From the NCBI GenBank assembly GCA_001804285.1, contig MHFR01000051.1:46926-110925 (forward strand): a DNA stretch of 64,000 nucleotides, written 5' to 3'. Shown one piece after another: positions 9,579-18,264 of the stretch. Positions within the stretch are counted from its first letter, which is position 1; the number at the start of each line of letters is the position of its first letter. Position numbers and translations under genes: made by a program. Origin of the DNA: Candidatus Danuiimicrobium aquiferis (GTDB taxonomy: Bacteria > Omnitrophota > Omnitrophia > Omnitrophales > Danuiimicrobiaceae). The notes beneath the pieces were generated by a model. That model did no database searches and had not been told where the DNA came from. It saw nothing but the letters and a program-made list of their open reading frames with translations.

Positions 9579-10868
9579 TTATCTCCCTATCGAATAATAT
9601 CGGAATCCCAGCTTTTCCATTTCAGCGGGACTGTAAATATTCCGCCCGTCAATGACGATGGGACGCTTGAGTAGCTTCTTGACCTTTTTTAAATCTAATT
9701 CCCTGAATTCATTCCACTCCGTTAAAACGAGCATCGCATCCGCGCCCTTGACGGCGTCGTATGGATTCTTTGCGTATTGTATTCCCTTAAAAACCTTTTT
9801 GGCTTCCGCGATGGCTTGCGGATCATAGGCTTTAATTTTCACGCCGTCTTCCTGTAGCTTGTTGATAATGTCAATCGACGGCGCAAAACGCATATCTTCC
9901 GTATCGGGTTTAAATGATAGCCCAAGCACCCCAACGGTTTTTCCGGAAAGATTCCAGAGCGACTGCTCAACTAATTTTACGAAATTTATTTTTTGTGCAT
10001 CGTTTACATTTAATACTTCGCGGAGCAAATTACACGGCACCCCTAATTTTTCGCCGATTCTGATAAATGCCGATAAGTCTTTCGGGAAACAAAACCCGCC
10101 AAAACCGATGCCAGGATTGAGAAATGATTTCGAAATCCGAGTGTCCGCACCGATTCCTTCAGCGACCCGCATCACGTCTGCCCCGACCTTTTTGCAAATC
10201 TGCCCTACCATATTAATAAAAGAAATTTTCATCGCGAGAAATGAATTGGACGCGTGTTTGATTAATTCCGCACTACGGATATCCGTTATGATTATCGGTG
10301 CGCGGAAAGGTTTGTACACATCTTTCAGAATTTTTTCTGCCCGCTTACTTTCGGTGCCGACGACAATCCGGTCCGGATTAAAGAAATCGTACACTGCATT
10401 TCCCTCGCGCAAGAATTCCGGATTCGATGCCACGTCAAACGGAACGTTTTTTCTGATGTTTTCGGCGATGGTCCGTTTGAGTTGCATACCGGTTTCAACC
10501 GGAACGGTGCTTTTTTCAACGATCAAGCGGTATTTTGTTAAACACGCTGCAATGGAATAAGCCACGTGTTCAACAGCAGTCAAGTCAGCATCTCCGCCCT
10601 CGCGCGGTGGTGTCCCAACGCAGATAAACAAGATCTCGGCAAACTTAACGGCTTCGCGAATGCTTGTGGTAAAAATGAGTCTTTTTTTTAAGCGGTTTTT
10701 CTTAAGAAGTTCACTTAAACCGGGTTCATATATAGGAACGCCACCTTTTTTAAGGAGTTGAATTTTTTTCACATCCTGATCCATGCAAATCACATGATTG
10801 CCCAAATCGGCAAAACATGCAGCCGTGACTAATCCCACGTGCCCGGAACCGATAATTCCAATGTTCAT
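9579..10868 (-). CDS. ugd: UDP-glucose 6-dehydrogenase
   Basis: MNIGIIGSGHVGLVTAACFADLGNHVICMD ... is a UDPG dehydrogenase family sequence. The ORF-track N-terminal extension (MKAHRR..., TTG start) would overlap lptD, so the internal MNIGIIG start is the likely true start. The internal-start coordinate is approximate to ±1: reading the printed bases directly, this region does not match the ORF-track frame, so the track is trusted. Confidence 0.85.
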   Translation of the reverse strand: MNIGIIGSGHVGLVTAACFADLGNHVICMDQDVKKIQLLKKGGVPIYEPGLSELLKKNRLKKRLIFTTSIREAVKFAEILFICVGTPPREGGDADLTAVEHVAYSIAACLTKYRLIVEKSTVPVETGMQLKRTIAENIRKNVPFDVASNPEFLREGNAVYDFFNPDRIVVGTESKRAEKILKDVYKPFRAPIIITDIRSAELIKHASNSFLAMKISFINMVGQICKKVGADVMRVAEGIGADTRISKSFLNPGIGFGGFCFPKDLSAFIRIGEKLGVPCNLLREVLNVNDAQKINFVKLVEQSLWNLSGKTVGVLGLSFKPDTEDMRFAPSIDIINKLQEDGVKIKAYDPQAIAEAKKVFKGIQYAKNPYDAVKGADAMLVLTEWNEFRELDLKKVKKLLKRPIVIDGRNIYSPAEMEKLGFRYYSIGR

Positions 10869-10878
10869 ATGCCTTCCT

Positions 10879-13197
10879 TTATACTGTTGTGGTTGATTGA
10901 ATAGCGGAGCGATCCGGAACGGTAGTAACCCAATCCCCCAGCCCAGTACCCTGCGATGAGCCTTCAATGGTATCGCTGATTCGAGGATTGGAATAAGAAG
11001 CTCGGTGTCCCGTGTGAAGATTGATAGCCGGGTAAGCTTTTAGGATTAATTCAACAAATATTTCTTTATTAAGCTGTTTGTCGGCGGCTGTTCTTTCTGA
11101 GTTCCGGACATTCAAGCCGAAGTCGAGCCACCAGTCGTGCAGGTCTCGGCGTGCCCGCAATTCCCATTCTTGCCAGTCAGCTTCTGTGGCTTCGTAGCGC
11201 GCATAACTGCCCAAACTCCAGCGGCTATTTAATTTATACATCGCATCCACGGTGATTTGGTTATCTTTGTTATCAATGGTTCCGGATGTTTCACGTGTCT
11301 TAATATATCGATGGCCAATGGCCAAAAAAAGATTCCCCGGCTCAAAAATTGCGTCGATATTATTAGAAGAAACATTTTGAGAAACGAAATCATAACGTGT
11401 ATCCATTCGGAATGAGAGCCAGTCGTACGGCCTTAAAATGATTTCCTGACGGGCTTCCGTGAATTTATCGGCGCCCGTTCTGGAAGTTTCATTGTGCGGG
11501 CCGAATGAAAGGTCAAGGTATGTATTAAAACTGACTAAATCGACTCGCTGCAGCTGCTCCCCGACGACGTGTTTTGTTTGAATCCGGTTTTCCACACCGA
11601 ACGTAATGACATCCTGAAGGCCAAGATTATCTCCGCGACCCGTCGCAACGACATCAGAAATTTTCTTTGTTACGATTTGGTTTCCGCTAAAGGAAACCAG
11701 AGGCCGCATTAAATGACGGAGTTGATTAATTTCGATTCCTCCAAATTTTCCTTTCGTATCCCATGTTCTATAAAATTTCGTATTGAGATCGATTCCCGAT
11801 CCCGCAGAATACCGGTTAGCGGCGGCTTTTGTGACGCGATCTTTCGTGTAAATGTCATCACGCATATAAACGTAGGGAATGAGATTGTAATGCTTCATGA
11901 TTCGAAACGGATAGGAAATTTCTTGATCCGTGTAAAACTGAACGGTGTTGGGACCATCAGGAGCAAATCTCTGTTTTTGGTTAAAATTAACAAAACCTTC
12001 TTCGTTGGTGTAATAAAATCCTGTCCCAAAAAGAGGTTTTCGCAACCAATCAAAAATAATTTCAGGTGTTTTTTCGCCAACGGTAGAGAAATCGTTCGTT
12101 CTTTTTTGGAAGTTAGCAAGTAAACTATATTGCCGTGCATTCCGGACAATGCTGATGAGAGATTTCGGATCAATTTCTTCGCGGTATTCTCCCTCGAAAA
12201 AGTCCTGCAAAAAGCGTTCATCGCTAATTTCGTTCCATTGCACATCAAGTACCGTGAGCGGATCGAGGCGCATCTTATGATTAATGGTGACTCGTCCTCG
12301 ATATTCCTTTGTTTTTTTCGTGTACGGATTCGTTTCTTTTTCATCCGGAGTTTTTTTGTCATGAATTCCGTATAATTTGATCTGTCCGACTCCTGCACGC
12401 TCAAACTTATAATCAAAATCCACGCCCGCACCGAAGCCCCGTTTTTGATAATAGTCTAAATGCGCAGTGCCTTTGATATTCTTATTAATCGAGAAACCCT
12501 TAGAAGTTAAAACGTAAGCGCCAAAGTCATCGGAATAACCCGGTTGAACATTTAACATGGTGTCATGATTGAGCGGCATTTGGAAATAAGGCCACCAAAA
12601 AACCGGCGTTTCTAAAATCCGGAATGTCACGTTTGTTGCGACAATTTTATCATCGGGATAAATGGTTACATTTTTGGCGTGAATATCGTAATGAGGATGG
12701 GACATGTTACAAGACGTGAAATACGCATCGTGGGCTTTAACTTTGCCTTTGTTGATTTGTTCAATTTTCTCGGCGTATCCATACCATGGATATTGATATA
12801 GCCGCGCGTTATCAAACGTTCCCTTTCGGTCATCGAAATCAAAGTAGGCGCTCTCGCCCGAAATCAGACTATCCTTTCCTTGCCTTAGAACCACGTGCCC
12901 TTTTGACCAACCTTCTTTTGTATCCACGTTAATTGAAACATTATCCGCCGTTAGTTCGATATCGTCCTGTGTCACAACGGCATTTCCGACCCCGATTAAC
13001 TTTCGATTTTGCCGATCAAACTGCAAATCGTCGGCAACTGCTTTAATCTGGTCTTGCTCGATTAAAGTTTCCGAATAAGCTTTGACTAAACAAAGAAAAG
13101 CGAAGATGAGTCCGCACAAAAACGCAAGTGCACGATACCACTTACTCTTTTCATTTAACTTCTGATTGATTCTGTCGGCAGAAAAACTCTCACGCAT
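10879..13197 (-). CDS. lptD: LPS-assembly outer-membrane protein LptD (OstA family)
   Basis: An OstA-like N-terminal domain (LIGVGNAVVTQDDIELTADNVSIN ...), plus YFTSCNMSHPHYDIHAKNVTIYPDDKIVATNVTF and a large beta-barrel region. The first ATG is 3 codons after the TTG at 13206. Confidence 0.8.
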   Translation of the reverse strand: MRESFSADRINQKLNEKSKWYRALAFLCGLIFAFLCLVKAYSETLIEQDQIKAVADDLQFDRQNRKLIGVGNAVVTQDDIELTADNVSINVDTKEGWSKGHVVLRQGKDSLISGESAYFDFDDRKGTFDNARLYQYPWYGYAEKIEQINKGKVKAHDAYFTSCNMSHPHYDIHAKNVTIYPDDKIVATNVTFRILETPVFWWPYFQMPLNHDTMLNVQPGYSDDFGAYVLTSKGFSINKNIKGTAHLDYYQKRGFGAGVDFDYKFERAGVGQIKLYGIHDKKTPDEKETNPYTKKTKEYRGRVTINHKMRLDPLTVLDVQWNEISDERFLQDFFEGEYREEIDPKSLISIVRNARQYSLLANFQKRTNDFSTVGEKTPEIIFDWLRKPLFGTGFYYTNEEGFVNFNQKQRFAPDGPNTVQFYTDQEISYPFRIMKHYNLIPYVYMRDDIYTKDRVTKAAANRYSAGSGIDLNTKFYRTWDTKGKFGGIEINQLRHLMRPLVSFSGNQIVTKKISDVVATGRGDNLGLQDVITFGVENRIQTKHVVGEQLQRVDLVSFNTYLDLSFGPHNETSRTGADKFTEARQEIILRPYDWLSFRMDTRYDFVSQNVSSNNIDAIFEPGNLFLAIGHRYIKTRETSGTIDNKDNQITVDAMYKLNSRWSLGSYARYEATEADWQEWELRARRDLHDWWLDFGLNVRNSERTAADKQLNKEIFVELILKAYPAINLHTGHRASYSNPRISDTIEGSSQGTGLGDWVTTVPDRSAIQSTTTV

Positions 13198-14602
13198 ACG
13201 CAACAACCCTATTTCGCCCTTCTTCTTTAGCGCGATAAAGCGCTTGGTCGGCTTTTTGAATCAGTTCATCCATGATCGCCTGCTGATTATTTTCATCGCC
13301 CGATTTTTCCAGATCATCCGGAAACGCACTCGTTCCAATGCTCACCGTCATTTTAATTTCTTCGTCATAAATCCGCAAATGTTTGCGCGCAACCGAAGAC
13401 CGGATACGTTCGGCCAATTCCATGCTTTTACTTTTATCAATTTCGGGAGCGACAATGATGAATTCTTCCCCGCCAAACCGGCCCAACACGTCGACTCGCC
13501 GGATATTTTCGCGAATGACCTGCGCGACCTGCCGCAAAGCTTTATCGCCCACCAGATGACCGAATTTATCATTATAACTTTTGAAATGATCAACGTCTAC
13601 CATTAAAACGGATAATGGGAATTTGTAACGCAAGGCGCGCCCTAATTCTTCTTCAAAACGTTCCATGAAGTGCCGGCGAACAAAAATTTTTGTTAATCCG
13701 TCGAGAATTGAAATTTCTTTGACGGTTTCATAGAGCTGAATTTTCTGAATTTGCAATGCAAGCTGCGATGCCATGATTTCAAACTTGGGAAAATCCGACA
13801 TGTTCCCTCCCTCGATTACCACGAGTGCGATTGGTTTTTGTTTTACGAGGAGTGGAAATATCCAAAGTGGCATTTCGATTTCGAGAGAGCTCTTATCGAG
13901 AGTGCCATGATCTGATTTTTTTTCAAACTTAATGACTTGGGACGACCCTGTTAGAACTTCCAGACAGAGTTTTGCAAATTCGAGATTTTCTTCGTCATTT
14001 AAGCGTTTATGGTTTCCGAAAGAAAAGACATGCCTGACCTGTTCAGAAACTCCTTCTGTATTTTCGGATAAAATGATAGTCCCTGCAGAAAAAGCCACCT
14101 CCGGTGTCATTTTGCGGTCAATCGCCTGTAGTAATTCCGAGAAGCTTAAACAATCATTAAAATCCCGGGCCATTTCGAAAACCTTGATTAAACCGCTCAC
14201 CTGTCTTTCCAGATAGTTCAAGCTTTCAATCCGGGCATCATAGCGATCTTTGATGGCCTGCATTTCATTAATCGTATTTTGCTTTTTTTCCCCGGACCGT
14301 AGTATTGTTTTCTCCCAAATCTTTTGATGCAAGTAATAGGTGCATAACAAGCCGCTGATAGCCACGGGGATTACTAAATAAAAAAGATTCATGGTTTTAA
14401 TTAACGAAATCGCCATTGCCAGTAAAAGCAAATTTGCCACGAATATTAAAAGGGCCATTTGTTTTCGCATCCACAGCACCAGCATGATTAAAAAAAACGG
14501 AGGCAAAAAGAAAAATAGTTTCGAGGGGTCTTTAAAGGCGGCAATTTGAGCCCACATGAGGAAAGCAATCAAGCTCGTTAAAAGACAGATGCGCTTCAAC
14601 AT
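13190..14602 (-). CDS. Membrane-anchored diguanylate cyclase (TM helices - coiled coil - GAF-like - GGDEF)
   Basis: RHFMERFEEELGRALRYKFPLSVLMVDVDHFKSYNDKFGHLVGDKALRQV ... LGRFGGEEFIIVAP contains an intact GGEEF motif. There are N-terminal TM segments. Confidence 0.8.
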   Translation of the reverse strand: MLKRICLLTSLIAFLMWAQIAAFKDPSKLFFFLPPFFLIMLVLWMRKQMALLIFVANLLLLAMAISLIKTMNLFYLVIPVAISGLLCTYYLHQKIWEKTILRSGEKKQNTINEMQAIKDRYDARIESLNYLERQVSGLIKVFEMARDFNDCLSFSELLQAIDRKMTPEVAFSAGTIILSENTEGVSEQVRHVFSFGNHKRLNDEENLEFAKLCLEVLTGSSQVIKFEKKSDHGTLDKSSLEIEMPLWIFPLLVKQKPIALVVIEGGNMSDFPKFEIMASQLALQIQKIQLYETVKEISILDGLTKIFVRRHFMERFEEELGRALRYKFPLSVLMVDVDHFKSYNDKFGHLVGDKALRQVAQVIRENIRRVDVLGRFGGEEFIIVAPEIDKSKSMELAERIRSSVARKHLRIYDEEIKMTVSIGTSAFPDDLEKSGDENNQQAIMDELIQKADQALYRAKEEGRNRVVAYA

Positions 14603-16086
14603 ACTTTATTCCTGCCTTGTTTCTTTGCTTGATAGAGGCGCTTATCCGCAATTTGGATTAACTCTTCCGAATCAAGTGTGTCATCCGGAATTGAAGCTAC
14701 GCCGATAGAAACGGTGATCGGAATGAATTCACGACGGACGGAAATTTCAAGTTTTGAAACTTTTTCCCGGATCGATTCGGCAAGCGCAAGCCCCTCCTTG
14801 ATTCCGACCTTGGGAAGAAGAATTGCAAATTCTTCTCCGCCGTAACGGGCCACAATCGCATGACTCGCTTCTTTCGCGAGAAGCTCGGCGGTCTTGATAA
14901 GAATAAAATCTCCAATTCCATGGCCATATTTGTCGTTACATTTTTTAAAATGATCAAGATCGCACATCAGAAGCGTCATGGGCGCGTTTGTCAATAAACT
15001 GCGCTTATGTTCGTCCGCGAGGCGCTCCAAGAAATGCCGGTGAACATATAAATTAGTCAGTGAATCGCGGATTGCAAGTTCTTCCGTTTTTCGGAATAGA
15101 ATAGAATTTGATATGGCTGATGACGCCAACATGGACACAGCATCCAGCAGTCGCAAATCGTCGGTCGCAAAGGTTTCGGGTTCTCTCGCGTTTACACGGA
15201 GCGTGCCGACAACCTTCCCTTCATGTAAAAGAGGGGACGCAATGACACTCCTGACGTTTTCAAGGGAAGATGCTTTTTTCATATCGAAGCGGAAATCTTT
15301 CACCGTGTCTGAGATAAGCAACGATTGTTTGTTGCGCAGGATCCAATAGTCAAAAATATCCCCCATTTTCGCTTTCATTTTTTTGTCTCCGGCCGGGCTT
15401 TTGGCCGAGATGAGGGATAAATTTTCATTTTCAGCATCTGCGAGAAACAAAAAACACCAATTTCCTCGTTGGATTAATTCGATTGTTCTGGAGACGATGA
15501 TATCGCTGAGTTCTGAGAGTGATAGACTGGTTGAAAACTCATTTGCGATATTTCGGAGATTATAGTAACTCGCATATTTCTCGAAAGAAACGCTAATGCT
15601 CGTCCCCTTCTCTTTATAGGAAAGCTCAAGATCATTTCGCTCATTGATTGCTTTTTCAATTTCAATTTCATCTGCAATCATTTCTGTCTCCCGTAAACGG
15701 TCGTAGTACATGAGCAACGCAAACAGGATGATTTGCCCCAGAGCGAACACCATGAAATAAACATTAGACGTGAGACTAAATGTTAAAATAGAAAAGAAAA
15801 TTCCCGCGATAAAAAAAAAGATGGCCCCATTTCTCCGGAACGCCAACCATGAAAACAGGGTCGGCATCATAAATAAAAACCCGATCAAGCCCAGATAAAT
15901 TTGTTGAGGCTCGGGAGAAGATCGATATTGGTTGAGTACGTAAATATTGATGACGGCCAAAACAATAACGCTGCATATTGCAAAAAGGAGAAAGATTTTG
16001 CGCTCTATATTCTGAAACTGGAAAACAACACCTTTATCCATTTGATTTAGCACCTTTGAATCGCCAATTAATTCATACTGCGTCAT
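14596..16086 (-). CDS. Membrane-anchored diguanylate cyclase (TM - GAF - GGDEF)
   Basis: RHFLERLADEHKRSLLTNAPMTLLMCDLDHFKKCNDKYGHGIGDFILIKT ... ARYGGEEFAILLP is a GGDEF domain with GGEEF. A GAF-like region precedes it and there are 4+ N-terminal TM helices. Confidence 0.8.
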   Translation of the reverse strand: MTQYELIGDSKVLNQMDKGVVFQFQNIERKIFLLFAICSVIVLAVINIYVLNQYRSSPEPQQIYLGLIGFLFMMPTLFSWLAFRRNGAIFFFIAGIFFSILTFSLTSNVYFMVFALGQIILFALLMYYDRLRETEMIADEIEIEKAINERNDLELSYKEKGTSISVSFEKYASYYNLRNIANEFSTSLSLSELSDIIVSRTIELIQRGNWCFLFLADAENENLSLISAKSPAGDKKMKAKMGDIFDYWILRNKQSLLISDTVKDFRFDMKKASSLENVRSVIASPLLHEGKVVGTLRVNAREPETFATDDLRLLDAVSMLASSAISNSILFRKTEELAIRDSLTNLYVHRHFLERLADEHKRSLLTNAPMTLLMCDLDHFKKCNDKYGHGIGDFILIKTAELLAKEASHAIVARYGGEEFAILLPKVGIKEGLALAESIREKVSKLEISVRREFIPITVSIGVASIPDDTLDSEELIQIADKRLYQAKKQGRNKVC

Positions 16087-16101
16087 TCCGTCAACTTGGA
16101 T

Positions 16102-17205
16102 TTAGAGGATGGCCTTTTCCGTTTTGGCATCGAAGAAGTGCGCTTTTGACATATCAAACACCAATTGAAGATCTTGATTAGCCGTTGCTGTATCCTGATT
16201 GCTGACGCGCGCAATAAAATTATTCCGGCCAACTGAAAAATACAAATAAATTTCAGATCCCATCGGCTCTACCAAATCAACGGTAGCGGTAATGGTAAAG
16301 TCATCGGAGGCATCCTGTGCAAACAACTTATCATAAACATCTTCCGGCCGAATTCCCAACAAGACATCTTGATTTAAATAGGGAGCAAGTAACGTTTCAT
16401 GCTGTTGTAACACTTTGAGCTTAATGCCATTGTCAACGAAATACAAAACACCGTTTTTCTTAATAAGCTTCCCGTTTAAGAAATTAACCGGCGGAGACCC
16501 GATAAAGCCGGCAACGAATTTATTGATAGGCGTTTCGTACAACCGGATCGGATCATCGATTTGCTGGATCAAACCATCTTTCATGACCACAATTCGATCG
16601 CCCAAGGTTAGCGCTTCGATTTGGTCGTGTGTCACATAAATCATGGTGGTTTGCAATCGTTTATGTAATTTCTGAATTTCCATGCGCATTTGGACGCGTA
16701 ATTTTGCGTCCAAATTGCTGAGGGGTTCGTCAAAGAGAAATACTTTTGGTTTCCGGACAATCGCACGCCCAACCGCTACGCGCTGCCGTTCCCCGCCGGA
16801 AAGTTCTTTTGGTTTTCGGCTCAGACGTTCGGTAATACCGAGAATCTCGGCAGCTTCTTTTACGCGACGGTCAATTTCCCGAGAAGGGAAATGCCTGAGT
16901 TTTAATCCGAATGCCATGTTATCATAAACTGTCATGTGGGGGTATAGCGCGTAGTTTTGGAAAACCATGGCGATGTCCCTATTCTTTGCCGGGACATCAT
17001 TGACGATTTGACCGTCTATCTGGATGGTCCCTTTCGTTACCTCTTCCAATCCCGCGACCATTCGAAGGGTCGTCGATTTTCCGCAACCGGACGGGCCGAC
17101 AAGAACGATAAATTCTTTATCCGCAATATTTAAATTAATATTATTGACCGCAACAACACGATTTGGATAAACTTTAAAAACGTCTTTTAAGACAACTTTT
17201 GCCAT
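16102..17205 (-). CDS. ABC transporter ATP-binding protein, MalK/UgpC/MsmK type (sugar importer ATPase with C-terminal TOBE domain)
   Basis: Walker A is VGPSGCGKSTTLRMVAGLE, the LSGGQ-like motif is LSGGERQRVAVGRAIV, and Walker B is VFLFDEP. No permease or binding protein is in the window. Confidence 0.85.
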   Translation of the reverse strand: MAKVVLKDVFKVYPNRVVAVNNINLNIADKEFIVLVGPSGCGKSTTLRMVAGLEEVTKGTIQIDGQIVNDVPAKNRDIAMVFQNYALYPHMTVYDNMAFGLKLRHFPSREIDRRVKEAAEILGITERLSRKPKELSGGERQRVAVGRAIVRKPKVFLFDEPLSNLDAKLRVQMRMEIQKLHKRLQTTMIYVTHDQIEALTLGDRIVVMKDGLIQQIDDPIRLYETPINKFVAGFIGSPPVNFLNGKLIKKNGVLYFVDNGIKLKVLQQHETLLAPYLNQDVLLGIRPEDVYDKLFAQDASDDFTITATVDLVEPMGSEIYLYFSVGRNNFIARVSNQDTATANQDLQLVFDMSKAHFFDAKTEKAIL

Positions 17206-17214
17206 TAGCGGTCC

Positions 17215-18039
17215 TTAATTTTTGTTGACGCCAAAATGAATGATTTGTGCAATCATTTGTTTTAAATCTTTTCTCTCAACAATTAAATCGATCAAACCGT
17301 GTTCCAATAAAAACTCGGAGGTTTGGAAATCGGGTGGTAATTTCTGACGGATTGTTTGCTCGATCACACGCGGCCCGGCAAACCCGATCAAGGCTTTTGG
17401 TTCAGCAATGATAAAATCTCCGAGTGAGGCAAAGCTGGCCATCACTCCGCCCATAGTCGGATGAGTTAAAATAGATAGATATGGAAGATGAGTTTCTGAG
17501 AAGCGCGCCAGTGCAGCTGACGTTTTCGCCATTTGCATTAAACTGAGAACCCCTTCATACATGCGTGCGCCCCCGCCCGAACCCGAAACAATGACTATCG
17601 GCAATTTTTCTTTGAGTGCATGTTCGATAGTCCTTGTAATTTTCTCGCCGACAACAGACCCCATCGAACCCATAATAAACCTTGAATCAGTGACAGCAAT
17701 GGCTATCGATACTTCATTGATCTTTCCGATGCCCGTGATAACAGCTTCGGAAAGGCCGGTTTTAACTTGGTCTTGTTTGATTTTTTGCGTATAGGATTTG
17801 GCGCCTTTAAAATTGAGAGGGTCTTCTGAGTATAAGTTTCCGAATAATTCGGTAAATGTGCCCGGGTCGATAATTTGCTCGAGCCTTTCGCGGGCGCCGA
17901 TCACATAATGATGCCGGCATTTCGGGCAGACCGAAAGATTCTCTCGTAAAGCCTTGGTATAGATCACGTGATTACATGAAGGACATTTTACCCAAAGCCC
18001 TTCAGGCACCCCTTTTTTCTTAACAGTCGCTTGAGCCAT
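17215..18039 (-). CDS. accD: Acetyl-CoA carboxylase carboxyltransferase beta subunit
   Basis: The N-terminal zinc ribbon is CPSCNHVIYTKALRENLSVCPKCRHHY, followed by a carboxyltransferase domain. Length is 274 aa. Confidence 0.9.
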   Translation of the reverse strand: MAQATVKKKGVPEGLWVKCPSCNHVIYTKALRENLSVCPKCRHHYVIGARERLEQIIDPGTFTELFGNLYSEDPLNFKGAKSYTQKIKQDQVKTGLSEAVITGIGKINEVSIAIAVTDSRFIMGSMGSVVGEKITRTIEHALKEKLPIVIVSGSGGGARMYEGVLSLMQMAKTSAALARFSETHLPYLSILTHPTMGGVMASFASLGDFIIAEPKALIGFAGPRVIEQTIRQKLPPDFQTSEFLLEHGLIDLIVERKDLKQMIAQIIHFGVNKN

Positions 18040-18229
18040 TAAGTATCCCCAGCATCACGTTAACGTGGTCTTTTTGAGTGTGTACTTCTTACTTATAAGT
18101 TATAGGCACTAAAATAAGCAGATTATATTCAACCCTTCCCCGTTGTCAATCTTTTCATAACATTCTGTAGCACTTTCATTTAGAAAAAAAATGATGCTTA
18201 ATTTCCCATAAAATAATTTTTTGCTATTT

Positions 18230-18258
18230 TTGACATTTTTTCAAAAAAGTGCTACATT
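18230..18258 (+). promoter_or_regulatory. Candidate sigma-70 promoter for rpoN (TTGACA - 17 nt - TACATT), ending ~6 nt before the ATG (leaderless-type)
   Basis: TTGACA sits at 18230-18235, a 17-nt spacer follows, and TACATT is at 18253-18258. The rpoN ATG is at 18265 and no SD sequence lies between. Confidence 0.3.
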
Positions 18259-18264
18259 TCTTGC

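Noticed and set aside
9859-10560. 233-aa plus-strand ORF and other long antisense ORFs (for example 58309..58941, 11713..12123, 26274..26531, 62480..63061)
   Set aside because: Each lies entirely antisense within a well-supported gene (ugd, the giant gene, lptD, the pilus protein). Their translations are low-complexity with no recognisable motifs, so they are taken as spurious.
9579-10967. N-terminal extension MKAHRRVLGWGIGLLPFRIAPLFNQPQQYKGRH on Ugd, and similar extensions on MetX, ParA-like, the ROK kinase and the GT2 at 33743
   Set aside because: The extensions begin at alternative start codons and would overlap the upstream gene's coding region. Internal Met codons reproduce canonical family N-termini and sit at or near the upstream stop, so the shorter models are used.
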